The notes: a model not told the origin generated them from the sequence alone. 63,371 nucleotides of DNA, filler included, from Octopus bimaculoides (GCF_001194135.2; 5 parts of 4 records of this genome joined end to end with filler, not necessarily neighbours in it), one strand, 5' to 3'; counted from the first letter of the whole stretch, positions 11,388 through 23,444 are shown. Numbers and translations: made by a program.

Positions 11388-12749
11388 GTAATACACCTTG
11401 TTGACTTATGTGACATGAGTCACATCTAAATGTAGAATTCACTAGCTTTTCTATTATGCATCGCTGTGTGTAATTTCAATTCAAGATTTAAGTGATGTCA
11501 TCTCCTCAATTGTATGGTATCAACATAATGCTACAGCTACCACATTAGTGATAATTTGATAAAAAAATTATGGAAGGCTGAAATCAAAGTAAAAATAAAA
11601 ACAACAAATACACACACACACACTCACACACAGGTGTAATCATATGGTTAAATAGTTTACTTCTAAAACTTGTCTATCCAGGTTTGATCCGATTGTGTGG
11701 CATCTTGGGTACATCTTTTCTGTTAGTCTCAAGTTGACTAATGTCTCATTAATATTCTGTTTGTTTTTATAATATTGAACAGTCACACCGTCATTCGATT
11801 TGTTCATTTGCCACCTGACAGCATAGACATTATGACGATAATAGTTGTGGTTGTGGTAGCGATGTGTGTATGTATGTATGTGTGAGTGTGTGTTTTCGTA
11901 TTGTGCATGTGTGTATTTCTGTGTTTAATGGTGTGTATATATGTTAGGGAATTATATTGAGCGATTTCATTATTTGAAAATTTTGAGATACACCTGGTTT
12001 TACTCATTGGTTTTGTTCCTATAGAGAAAAAGGGACACATTTGATAATGTTGTCCCAGATACAGTATGCATTAGGGAAAGAAGAAATGATCAAATGTTCA
12101 TGCTTAGAATGAATTTGGTCATTGACCTACTTGGCCAGGTTTGGCCTGGCCTGGGGTTAAATAACTTCATCAACTGTTGCAATATGAAAAAGGTGTTTTA
12201 AATGAGAAAATAACCCAGACGTTTTGACATTTGGGCTTTCACTTGTTTAAAATAATTATTTGAAATATTTCTATTTTACTAAAAAATAAAATATTAATAT
12301 TTCATCATAAAAAGAAATTTAAGCAAAGAAATCTGAAACAAAAAAAAACCCTAAAAAACCTTAATAAAAATCCAGTGCATTAACATTATTAAACAGATTG
12401 TACAAATACTTTTTATAATATTAATGAAGGAATTTTAAAATATGCTACTTCTGTTGAATTTTTTTTCCCTTCGATTAAAAAGTTTTACCCATGAGTTCAC
12501 TTGTCACAGTCAGTATTCACAAATGTATTTGATGTTTTTTTTCTGTAATATCTCCCTCTTTTAATAATTTAGTTTTAGTTTTAAGTTTTAATTTGAATTT
12601 TTTCCCCTCAATATTATTTCATTTCTATTATATTTGAACATTGTTTAAATATAATAAAATCACCAGGAATAAAGCCACCCCCCAAAATGAAGAAAAACAT
12701 AAAATATTCCTCATACACATATATATATATATGAAACAATGACTAGTGA

Positions 12750-13200
12750 CTGAGACTTTGGCGATGTGCTGTGCTTGAGAAGACCCATCAAACCAAGTGA
12801 AATCATAGGCATGGTTGATGCTAGTGTCACGTAATTGGCTGATGGCATACAAAAAAAGCAGCTTTCAAACACTGAGCCCCATGGAGGCAAAGTGGCTGAT
12901 GCTGGTGGCATGTGAAAAGCACAATTCAAGTGTTGGGCCTCATGGGGGCAATTAAGAATGGCCAAGAGTTTTGGCATTATGCTGTGCTTGTGAAGAAGAC
13001 CCATCAAGCCAAGTAAATTCACAGTTGTGGCAGATACTGGTGTCATACAAATGGCATCTGTGCCAGTGGCACGTAATAGCACCCATTACACTCTCGGAGT
13101 GGTTGGCATTTGGAAGGGCATTCAGCTGTAGAAAACCAGCTGGTTAAACTGTCCAAGTCCATACCAGCATGGACAACAGACTTTAAATGATGATGATGAT
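12750..13200 (+). mobile_element. RTE 3' UTR, diverged, (GAT)n tail
   Basis: CACCCATTACACTCTCGGAGTGGTTGGCATTTGGAAGGGCATT...GATGATGAT. Confidence 0.8.
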
Positions 13201-13210
13201 ATACATATAT

Positions 13211-13534
13211 AGAGTGGCTGTGTGGTAAGTAGCTTGCTTCCCAACTACATGGTTCTGGGTTCAATCCCACTGCATGGCACCTTGGGCAAGTGTCTTCTAC
13301 TATAGCCTCGGGCCGACCAAAGCCTTGTGAGTGGATTTGGTAGACGGAAACTGAAAGAAGCCCGTCGTATATATGTATGTGTGTTTGTGAGTCTGTGTTT
13401 GTCCCCCCTACCATCGCTTGACAACCGATGCTGGTGGGTTTACGTCCCCGTAACTTAGCAGTTCGGCAAAAAGAGACCGATAGAATAAGTACTAGGCTTA
13501 CAAAGAATATGTCCTGGGGTCGATTTGCTCGGCT
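13211..13534 (+). mobile_element. SINE family B, cut by gap
   Basis: Family consensus motifs. Confidence 0.9.
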
Positions 13535-13679
13535 NNNNNNNNNNNNNNNNNNNNNNNNNNNNNNNNNNNNNNNNNNNNNNNNNNNNNNNNNNNNNNNNNN
13601 NNNNNNNNNNNNNNNNNNNNNNNNNNNNNNNNNNNNNNNNNNNNNNNNNNNNNNNNNNNNNNNNNNNNNNNNNNNNNNN

Positions 13680-13715
<36 letters not shown>

Positions 13716-14115
13716 TGTATATATATCTGTAACTTAATGCAATAAGTGCTTCTTGGTGATCCGTTGTGATTGAGCATACAAATGGGAACACTTATTGCAG
13801 GGATCCAAACAATCATAATATTAAAACATGCATAGGAACTACAATATAAACTTCTGTTTATCTTTATTTTGATCACACATATATAAGATTAATTGGCATT
13901 CTGTCTGTTACAACAATGAGGGTTCTAGTTGGTTCAATCAACAGAATGATTTTGAATTTGAATTACTGGTACAGCTTATTTTTGTCAGCTGAGTGAACTG
14001 ATAAGATTATACAAATGACAATGGAACAAATTATGGTTATCAATTTGTGTTTGCAAGATTCCTGAAGTGAAATCATTTGTTGAAACCGATATTTTGGGAT
14101 GGACATTTTTCTTTC

Positions 14116-14460
14116 CTTTTTGCCAAATAAACACGCGCACTATATATTTTTTCTTCACTTGTTTATTACTGTTTTTATTTTATTTTATTATTTTAACTCA
14201 TGTCCATTGTCTGGGAATTTTTCGTCACACATCTGTGACCTTTCCAGCGACACTTTTTGTTTCCCTATGTGTGTTTTTAGAACAGAATGGAATAAGTGGA
14301 GTAAAAACATACACAAAAACGAAAAGTGTCACGGAAGAGGTCACAGATGTGTGATGAAAGATTTCCACACAATGGACATGAGTCAAAATAATAAAATAAG
14401 AACAGTAATAAATTAGTGAAGAAAAAATATATATAGTGCATGTGTTTATTTGGCAAAAAA
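14116..14460. mobile_element. ~345-bp palindrome of two Penelope pLTR-like arms, each with a degenerate hammerhead core
   Basis: Arms ~160 bp with a ~22 nt loop; a single-arm homolog lies at 50515-50690. Confidence 0.6.
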
Positions 14461-14640
14461 ACAACAAAAAAAAAACTGGCCATCTCATAATGCAACAGCA
14501 TTACATAATCTTTTATCCCTTTCGCATTTCTATAATCCTTTATTATGCTCTGCTCTCAACTAATGCTTTATCCTGAAACATACATATATCAGGTTTAACA
14601 CCAGGGTATTAGTATTACTAAGCCTAAGTGAAATATTAAC

Positions 14641-15027
14641 ATAGGCATGGCTGTGTGGTAAGAAGCTTGCTTCCCACCCACATGGTTCCAGGTTCAGTCC
14701 CACTGTGTGGTACCTTGGGTAAGTCTCCTACAACAGTCTCAGGTTGACCAAAGCCTTGTGAGTGGATTTGGTAGACGGAAACTGAAAGAAGCCTGTCGAA
14801 ACGTGTGTGTGTGTCTTTGTTTCTGTGTTTATCCCACCTCCGTTACTGCTTGACAACCAGTGCTGGTGTGTTTATGTTCCTGTAATTTAGTGGTTTGGCA
14901 AAAGAGACTAAAAGAATAAGTACTAAGCTTTAAAAAGAAAAAAAATTCTGGTGTCAACTTGTTTGACTAAAATCTTTGAAGGCATCAGCACAGTCAAATG
15001 ACTGAAACAAGTAAAAGAATTAAAAAA
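14641..15027 (+). mobile_element. SINE family B
   Basis: Family consensus motifs. Confidence 0.9.
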
Positions 15028-15093
15028 ACTATGTATGTTTGTGTGTGTGTGTATATGTGTGAGGTTTTCTAAATATTGAAATTTTCTTTCCAG

Positions 15094-15235
15094 AACAAAA
15101 AGCTGTTGATTTTACTCGTGCTGCCAGAAAAGCCCGTTTGAAATCTTCCTTGATTTGGTTGGCCAAAAAGATGAAGATGATTCAGTACCTTGAAGATACA
15201 TACCCGAACAGTGCATCTATCCAGGATTTATTAGA
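15094..15235 (+). CDS. Coding exon (142 nt), QKAVDFTRAARKARLKSSLIWLAKKMKMIQYLEDTYPNSASIQDLL
   Basis: attttctttccag acceptor, gtgagt donor, open frame, phase 1/2. Confidence 0.85.
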
Positions 15236-15354
15236 GTGAGTTAAAATTACATTTCTAGTGGTAATGGGTTGCTAAATCTATTAAATCACACCTCTGTGAA
15301 TTTTCTTCTGATAATAGACTTAAATATTTGATAATGAGTAAAAAATGTGCACTA

Positions 15355-15515
15355 GGCGCAGGAGTGGCTGTGTGGTAAGTAGCTTGCTTACCAACCACAT
15401 GGTTCTGGGTTCAGTCCCACTGCATGGCACCTTGGGCAAGTGTCTTCTACTATAGCCTCGGGCCGACCAAAGCCTTGTGAGTGGATTTGGTAGATGGAAA
15501 CTGAAAGAAGCCTGT

Positions 15516-15552
<37 letters not shown>

Positions 15553-15766
15553 TTGTGTGTATATGTTTGTATCTCTATTTGTCCCCCCAACATCGCTTGA
15601 CAACTGATGCTGGTGTGTTTACGTCCCTGTAACTTAGCGGTTCGGCAAAAAGAGACCGATAGAATAAGTACTAGACTTACAAAGAATAAGTCCTGGGGTC
15701 GATTTGCTTGACTAAAGGCGGTGCTCCAGCATACCACAGTCAAATGACTGAAACGAGTAAAAGAGT
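15355..15766 (+). mobile_element. SINE family B, full length
   Basis: GGCGCAGGAGTGGCTGTGTGG head through AAGTAAAAGAG tail. Confidence 0.92.
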
Positions 15767-15939
15767 ATGTGTCTATGTATTTCAATCTTGGGTAATAATC
15801 AAAATTGTAATATGAATACAAGTAGCTGAAATGGGTTTCCTCTAAAGGATCTTCTGAGTAACATTATATAAAAGGGTGTGAATCTCCGAGATCAGTGAGT
15901 CTGTCTAGGCTTAATTCGATGCAAGAATTACAGGTGCTG

Positions 15940-16460
15940 GCACAGTCATGCGATCCTCAGAAAAGGAGAGGTTGGTAATAAAAGCCAAGCTTGCTATCTC
16001 CCGTTTAGTTTAGGATTCTGTCCTCACCTGTAGTCATGAATGATAAAGTAATGCCTGAAAGAGTATGATTGTGAATGCAAGCAACCAAAATGGAGTTCTT
16101 CTGAAGGATCTCTGGAATAATGTTATCCAACAGGGTGTGGAGCTTCGAGATCAGGGAGTGTCCTCCTGTTGATCTGCTACTTCTCTGCTTTGCGAAGTTA
16201 CATCTTCGGTATTATGGGGACATCTAAAAGGGGACTGAAAATGACTGAAGTGAATTTTACACCATTTTCAAGGTATATATGGTATTTGGAAGATCATGTC
16301 ATTAACAGTTTCAGTATCACCTCGTTTATACTGATATGCAAATTACTTTGGCCATAGTGATTAGAATCTCGCAGGAAAGAGTCACAAAATGGATTTTTCA
16401 AGCTGAGCCAACTGTCAGAAATTCAAGGAGGGTAGACCAAGAATGAGGTGGTTGATTAAA
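15940..16460 (+). pseudogene. Degenerate RTE (Rex3/Expander-like) ORF 3' fragment
   Basis: Translates with stops to VMPERV*L*MQATKMEFF*RISG...NRVWSFEIRE; a GRPRMRW-type motif follows. Confidence 0.6.
16221..16357 (+). repeat. ~137-bp element, copy 1 (copy 2 at 16943-17079)
   Basis: CATCTAAAAGGG.ACTGAAAATGACTGAA...TTACTTTGGCCATAG present twice with few differences. Confidence 0.85.
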
Positions 16461-17225
16461 ATCTATAGTTACAGCTTGTTTATACTTGGGAACCCAGCTG
16501 TGTATTTAATAATGGTTGCTTCTGATAGTACCTAACAGACGAAGTACCTGAGGATGCTACACCCACCCCACAACCCTCCCAGGAATAGTGGGCAGCAAAT
16601 ATAGATGGATGGATATTTTCTTGTGGTAAACTAGCAGAGTCAGTAGCACATTAGCTTGCATAGAATTCCTCATATTTCTTCAGATTCTTGACATTTTGAG
16701 TTCAAACCTCACCAAGGTTAACTTTGGTTTTGATCCTTTCTTAACTGATATCTAGACTACCATTCCAGGATGGTGAATAAGAAAAATAGTTACAGCATCA
16801 GATGAAATGTCTTGCAGTGTTTGCTCTAGTTCTTTGTGTTTGAGTTGCCAACAACAAGAACTAATCACACAAATACAGGAGCACACCTAGCCTGTAATTC
16901 TCTTTTGTGGACAGGTAAGCTTACAGCATTGTAGATTAGCCACATCTAAAAGGGAACTGAAAATGACTGAAATGAATTTTACACAATTTTCAAGGTATAT
17001 ATGGTATTTGAAAGATCATGTCATTTACAGTTTCAGTATCACCTTGTTTATACTGATATGCAAATTACTTTGGCCATAGAGAGAGAGAGAGAGGGAGAGG
17101 GTCATGGAGCTAATTATTGTATGCATAACACTTGAAACAATTACATTATTAGCTTCATTAAAAAAGAAAGATCAAACTAGTAATGAAAATTAATAAAATA
17201 TATCTTTATATTTATGTTTGTACAG

Positions 17226-17362
17226 GAATTCAAAGGTGAAGCATGCAGACATGTTTACAGCTGTGGTGATGTTAAATGAAATGCAAAAGAGAGGTCTCAT
17301 CAAAGAGGTTGACAAAGGAATGTGGATGAGGATTCCTATCAGTCAGCAAAACAGCTCTAACA
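17226..17362 (+). CDS. Coding exon (137 nt), (E)NSKVKHADMFTAVVMLNEMQKRGLIKEVDKGMWMRIPISQQNSSN
   Basis: tttatgtttgtacag acceptor and gtatgt donor (otherwise a stop follows at 17368-17370); phase 2/1, in frame with exon 15094. Confidence 0.85.
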
Positions 17363-17766
17363 GTATGTAGCACATATATATGTATTTAATATCTTTCTTT
17401 ACCTTGCCCTCATGCCATGTACTAAGCACCCACTACACTGTGTAAAGTTGTTGATGTTAGGAAGAGCATCCAACCATAGAAACCATGCCAAAGCAGACAA
17501 CTGGTGCCTGGTGCAGCTCTTTATAGCTGACTAGCTCCTGTCAAACTGTGCGAGCATGTAAAATGAACATTAAATGATGTATATGTGTGTGTGTGTGTCT
17601 CTGTCTGTTCCATGCTCATCAACTAACTACTCTGCCTTTATATTGATACACATGTACACATTTATACACATATACATGCATCCACTTACATTCACCCTGT
17701 CACACACACACACACTCATACAAGAACTATCAATTATATATTATAAATATATGTACTTAGAAATAT

Positions 17767-18152
17767 GTTGTTGGCACTCCGTCGCTTTCGATGTTGAGGG
17801 TTCCAGTTGATCTGATCAATGGAACAGCCTGCTCGTGAAATTAACGTGCAAGTGGCTGAGCTCTCCACAGACACGTGTACCCTTAACGTAGTTCTCGGGG
17901 ATATTCAGAGTGACACAAAGTGTGACAAGGCCGACCCATTGAATTACAGGCACAACAGAAACAGGAAGAAAGAGTGAGAGAAAGTTGTGGTGAAAGAGTA
18001 CAGCAGGGTTCGCCACTATCCCCTGCCCGAGCCTCGTGGAGCTTTAGGTGTTTTCGCTCAATAAACTCTCACAACGCCTGGTCTAGGAATCGAAACCGCG
18101 ATCCTATGACCACGAGTCCGCTGCCCTAACCACTGGGCCATTGCACCTCCAC
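17767..18152 (-). mobile_element. SINE family A, full length, with 12-bp target-site duplication
   Basis: ACTTAGAAATAT at 17755-17766 and 18153-18164. Confidence 0.93.
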
Positions 18153-18313
18153 ACTTAGAAATATATGCAATCATAAAAAAGATTATTAGTAGTTACTCAT
18201 GTTCCACACTCACACAGCTACATGCCCTTATTGAAATCCTGTCCCAATTTTGGTTAAACAGTCAACAATGAAATGAGTTAACCTATTTAACATTTATATA
18301 TTTTTCACTTAAT

Positions 18314-18540
18314 ATGGCATGGCTTAGTCATGCTGCTCGATTTTCTGAGTTGGATTCTGCATACTGTGTTCTCTTTTCTGAGAACTCTTGCTGGTTAATG
18401 ACTCTTGTTGGATGGCCACATGCTACATGGTCACTGTGGATGAAGAATTGTCTCACAGAAATGAGGACTGACTGGGACATTGTTCGGAGGATTGGCTAAG
18501 ATCACCTAAGCAAATACTGATAAATGGTGGATGCAATAAC
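18314..18540 (+). pseudogene. Old RTE-type LINE ORF C-terminal remnant
   Basis: WLSHAAR...GWPHATW...LTEMRTDWDIVRRIG resembles the RWLGHV...GRP..TW...L..WEV...A LINE end. Confidence 0.5.
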
Positions 18541-18703
18541 ATAGTGTAATGGCGCATGCCCTCATACCTGACCTAACCTGTTGGTTAGTATAGGGAGCCG
18601 GGTAGGATAAGACGTTTACTATGATGAAAAAAGAAGTAAAGAAAGTTTTAAAGGTCTTCAGCTGTACATGTGACCATCTTCAGAGTAAAAGTGTTAATAT
18701 ATA

Positions 18704-19050
18704 ACAAGAGCACTCAGAGAGTGCAAATCTCCACCAAGGCAACATCAACATCCTCTCAACGATTAGCCAGACATGATTTTTAAAATGAGAATATTTGAAA
18801 TAAACTTAATTGCTCTCACAAACAAGAATACTAAAAATGAACCAGACCATTCTCAAAAATTAAGTAAAGAATCCTGGATCGATATTAGATCGGTCCCAAA
18901 ATCTAATCAGTTCATGCCAGTCACAAAGCCAAACATCCCTGAAAGTTTAATCCAAATCCATCCAGCGGTTCTTGAGATATCTTGTCCACAGACAAGCAAA
19001 CAAACAAACAAAAACAATACTACTGCTTTTCTAAGGCAGAGGTAATAAAT
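18704..19050 (+). mobile_element. HINE/Helentron-associated-like element, same family as 5618-6050
   Basis: ACAAGAGCACTCAGAGAGTGC start, CAAA repeats, AAGGCAGAGGTAATAA end. Confidence 0.6.
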
Positions 19051-19484
19051 ATTAGTGTATTAGTAGTTGAGCATACTAATATAATTCACAGTCACTATTA
19101 CATGTTTATTAAAAAAAGAATTTTATTTTTGTTTATTATCTTTTTCTCAGTATAAAGCATTGAGTTGGCAGAATAATTTGCTCAAACAAAAAATGCTGAG
19201 AGGTACTTCTTTTGACTCCTTATGTTCTGAGTTCAAGTTTCACAGGGGTCAGCTTTATCTTTCATCTTTTGGGGTCAATAGAATAAAGTATAAGTCCAGT
19301 CAAGCACTGGGGTCAATGTAATCAAGTTGACTTCTTTCTTCAGAATTGCAGGTCTTGAATCCTACAATAGACCGGCATCTCATTCTGGAGTAATGTGGTG
19401 ATCTTGGTCACTTACATGCCATAAAGTCAGGTAACCAGATTTAAGAGTCTCAGGGCTCATTATAATAATAATAGTGTCTTATAC

Positions 19485-19562
19485 TATAGCCTTGAGCTGA
19501 CCAAAGCCTTGTGAATGGATTTGGTAGACAAAAACTGAAAGAAGCCTGTTGAATATATGTAC

Positions 19563-19607
<45 letters not shown>

Positions 19608-20582
19608 CTGAACATTAGAAGCATCAGTTGTGGCGTGCAAGAGAGACGATTGCGCTGGTATGGACATGTGGTGAGAATGGAGGAGGATAGCTGCATGAAG
19701 AAGTGCCACACCCTAACAGTTGAGGGAACCCGTGGAAGAGGTAGGCCCAGGAAGACCTGGGCTGAGGTGGTGAGGCAAGACCTTCGTACATNNNNNNNNN
19801 NNNNNNNNNNNNNNNNNNNNNNNNNNNNNNNNNNNNNNNNNNNNNNNNNNNNNNNNNNNNNNNNNNNNNNNNNNNNNNNNNNNNNNNNNNNNNNNNNNNN
19901 NNNNNNNNNNNNNNNNNNNNNNNNNNNNNNNNNNNNNNNNNNNNNNNNNNNNNNNNNNNNNNNNNNNNNNNNNNNNNNNNNNNNNNNNNNNNNNNNNNNN
20001 NNNNNNNNNNNNNNNNNNNNNNNNNNNNNNNNNNNNNNNNNNNNNNNNNNNNNNNNNNNNNNNNNNNNNNNNNNNNNNNNNNNNNNNNNNCTTGTGCGGG
20101 TGGCACATAAAAGACACCATTTCGAGCGTGGCCGTTTTCGTGCGGGTGACACGTAAAAGCACCCACTACACTCTCTGAGTGGTTGGCGTTAGGAAGGGCA
20201 TCCAGCTGTAGAAACTCTGCCAAATCAGACTGGAGCCTGGTGTTGCCATCCGGTTTCACCAGTCCTCAGCCAAATCGTCCAACCCATGCTAGCATGGAAA
20301 GCGGACGTTAAACGATGATGATGATGATATATATATATATGTATGTGTGTCTGTGTTTGTCGCCCCACCATCGCTTGACAACCGATACTGGTGTGTTTAC
20401 GTCCCCGTAACTTAGCGGTTCGGCAAAAAAGACCGATAGAATAAGTACTAGGCTTANNNNNNNNNNTCGGCAAAAAAGACCGATAGAATAAGTACTAGGC
20501 TTACAAAGAATAAGTCCTGGGGTCGATTTGTTTGACTAAAGGCAGTGCTCCAGCATGGCCAAATGACTGAAACAAGTAAGAG
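19485..20582 (+). mobile_element. SINE family B split at its internal microsatellite by an RTE insertion
   Basis: 5' part 19485-19607 and 3' part 20335-20582. Confidence 0.8.
19608..20330 (+). mobile_element. 5'-truncated young RTE LINE: ORF end, 3' UTR and (GAT)n tail
   Basis: VQERRLRWYGHVVRMEEDSCMKKCHTLTVEGTRGRGRPRKTWAEVVRQDLR is a typical RTE C-terminus. Confidence 0.92.
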
Positions 20583-20583
20583 T

Positions 20584-20820
20584 AAGGCAGTGAGCTGGCA
20601 GAACTGTTACCATGCTGGGCAAAATGCTTAGCGGCATTTCATCTGTCTTTATGTTCTGAGTTCAAATTCCACCGGGGTTGACTTTGCCTTTTGTCCAGTT
20701 GGGGGTCGATAAATTAAGTATCAGTTGAGTACTGGGGTCAATAAAATAAGTACCAGTTGAGTACTGAGGTCAATGTAATTGACTTACTTCCTTCCCTGAA
20801 ATTGCTGATCTTTGCCAAAA
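20584..20820 (+). mobile_element. SINE family D directly abutting a family B tail
   Basis: AAGGCAGTGAGCTGGCAGAA head. Confidence 0.8.
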
Positions 20821-21479
20821 TTTTAAACCAATATTTCAATATCCATCACTCACCCTTCCCCCCCTGTCTGCCTATCCATCTATCTGTCACTCTGTTTCTA
20901 CCCTTATCCTTTCTTCATTCTCTCCTTTCTCTCCTTTCATCTTTTATTCTTTATCAATTTACTTCTCTCTCTCTCTAATCTTGTTTATTAGTTTGCCGCT
21001 TCTTTCTGTTTCCATTCCTTCTCATTCTCCAGTCTCGCCTCGCTTCAGAAATTCTTCTCCCATCTTTTACTTCATCTCGCTACATTCATACTATTAACGT
21101 ACTCCATTCATTCTCTCTTGTTTTCATTCTACCATTTCTTCTTAACTCCTTGTATTTTTCTCCCTTCTCCATATATACACACACATACACATACACATTC
21201 GTGCAAACACATACATACGCTTGAAATAATCTTTCTCTTGCTTTGTATCTTTCTTTGACTGTCTCTGTTCCTGTTTCTTGTCTCTCTGTCAGTTCTTTTC
21301 CATTTTTTCCCCCATTCTTCTCAGACTTCTCTTTATCTCTTTTCCCATTTCTTCTCATGTCCCTTCCTTGTTCTCTCCACCCTTCCACTTCTCTCTCTCT
21401 CTCTCTGTTTTTGTCTCTGTCTGTCTCTCTATCAGTCTGTTTCTCTCTCTCTCTATTTTCACCGGCACCACAAACTTTG

Positions 21480-21850
21480 CCGCCCACTCCCACCCCATGT
21501 CAACCATCACCAAATCTACCAAAACTGTTGCTACAACCACCATCACCACCGTTGTCACCATTACTACCGCCACCACCACCACCACCTCTGCCACCACCAC
21601 CACCACCACCACCACCATTGCTGCCACTACAATCGCCACTACCATCATCACTAGCACCACCACCACCACTACTACCATCACCATTAGTACTGCCACTACC
21701 ACCACCAACACTAACATCATCACTACCACTATTACTACTACTATTACTGCCACTATTGTCACAACCACTACTACTACTGCCACCACCACTGCTACCCTCA
21801 CCACTGCAACCATCACCACTGCAACCACCATCATCATCATCTCTTCCATC
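21480..21850. repeat. (ACC)n/(ACT)n trinucleotide low-complexity tract, preceded by a pyrimidine-rich tract
   Basis: Direct reading. Confidence 0.9.
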
Positions 21851-22010
21851 AATTATCATTAGTATACACATAATGCACAATTCCTTTGCAGCACTTTTGC
21901 GGATGCAATGTATTAAGAGAACATTAGAAATTTCCATGAGTCTACATGGAACAAATTCGATTTTATCACCTATAATCCCTGCCTTCTGTGTGTGAGAGCG
22001 AGAGAGATTT

Positions 22011-22223
22011 TGGTACTTTGCAAAGCTATGAAAAGAAAAATAAAAAAAAAAAATAAAAAAAAAATAACAAAAACAAAAGTCTTTGTGCTTTTTATCTTTT
22101 CTGAGCTTCAAGATCTTTCTAGCACACAAACAACACAAGAGCAGTCAACAATAAAAGGGGGGGTTGCCCATCTTGAAAGTATTTATACACAAAAATCAAA
22201 CAACATCGACAATAACGCCAAAA
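22011..22223 (+). repeat. ~200-bp diverged repeat, copy 1 (copy 2 at 23589-23771)
   Basis: GGTACTTTGCAAA...GCTTCAAGATCT...GGGTTGCCCATC...ATACACAAAAATCAAAC shared. Confidence 0.8.
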
Positions 22224-23220
22224 ACAACAACAATAACAATAACAAAACAAAACAAACAAAAGTGTTGTACAATGGTTTTCTTTTCTTATTTTTCTTATTT
22301 TTCTTCTCTTTCCTTTTCTTCTTATTCCTTCTCGAATCTTTACAATGTTAATTATTTTCCACATTGTTTTCTCCAAGAGCTAGCCGTGCACTCGTAGACC
22401 ACAGATGCCATCGCATAACCATCAGTTTTTGTGTCTCTTCGTATCGTATCACATGACAAACAATGGACCATCTTTACTTTACACCTTTATTACACTGGCA
22501 GGGATCACCGACGTATCCTTGGTGTCTAAGAGGAACAGTGAGATGGAGTCTGATGGGTGTAGTGCTTATGTACAAACACTGGTTGCGTAGATGCAGCACG
22601 TATGTTCTATGTATGCATGTGTCTGTTTATGTGCGATATATGTTTGTGTATATATATATGTGTGTATGTGTCTGTGTAGGCACCACATACATATATGCAT
22701 ATACTCACAGGCACACATATAAGCGTACCTTTGTGTATATTATATCTATACATACACACATGTATGTTTTTGTATATATAGTTTACACATATGTATGCTA
22801 GTAGCAATATGTGTGCATGTGAGTATATGCATATATGTGTGTGTATACATATGTACATATATATANNNNNNNNNNNNNNNNNNNNNNNNNNNNNNNNNNN
22901 NNNNNNNNNNNNNNNNNNNNNNNNNNNNNNNNNNNNNNNNNNNNNNNNNNNNNCTATAGTCTCTCATCAACCAAAGCTCTGTGAATTAATTTGGTTGACA
23001 GAAACTGAAAGAAGCTTTTATAGACATTTATATCAACACCATCATCGTTTAATGTCTGTTTTCCATGCTGGATTGTGTTGAACACTATGACAAGGGCCAG
23101 TGTACCAAAAGACTGTATAAAACTTAATTGTCTGTTCTGGCATGGTTTCTTTGGCTAGATGCCCTTCCCTACACCAAACACTTTACAAAATATAATGGTT
23201 ACTTTTTTTTGTGACTCTAG

Positions 23221-23444
23221 CTTTCGATACCAACCCAGCTGAAACCGCTTCTGGCTCTGTAGTATAAATGTCTTGTTTTCAAAAGTTCTGAATTAAAATC
23301 TTCCACTAAACCTTAGTTAGAATTTATGTTCCTAAAAATAGCTTAATGATAACCAAGTTATTTTACTAAATTCTTTGTTATGCTTAAAATTAATTGAAAG
23401 AAACACATAACATCTCAACAGAAATATGGTAACAAAAGGGTTAA
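23221..23444. mobile_element. piggyBac-like (TTAA) MITE
   Basis: Ends CTTTCGATACCA and TGGTAACAAAAGGG-TTAA are inverted; left TTAA/CCC lost. Confidence 0.6.

Noticed and set aside
15160-17340. Z-alpha (Z-DNA/Z-RNA binding) assignment for the winged-helix peptide
   Set aside because: Spacing is similar, but the diagnostic N...Y of helix 3 and the P-P-x-W wing are absent; only a generic winged helix is supportable
18650-18695. Third hammerhead-like motif (CTGAAGA-TGGTCACATG... on the minus strand)
   Set aside because: Stem II and GAAA cannot be completed; at best a decayed pLTR remnant
20400-20500. Short direct duplications around 10-N gaps (also 58600-58705)
   Set aside because: Overlapping contig ends left unmerged by the assembler
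21243-22138. Pro-, Thr-, Val- and Gly-rich ORFs of 165-250 aa
   Set aside because: All frames of an (ACC/ACT)n tract; no splice or homology support
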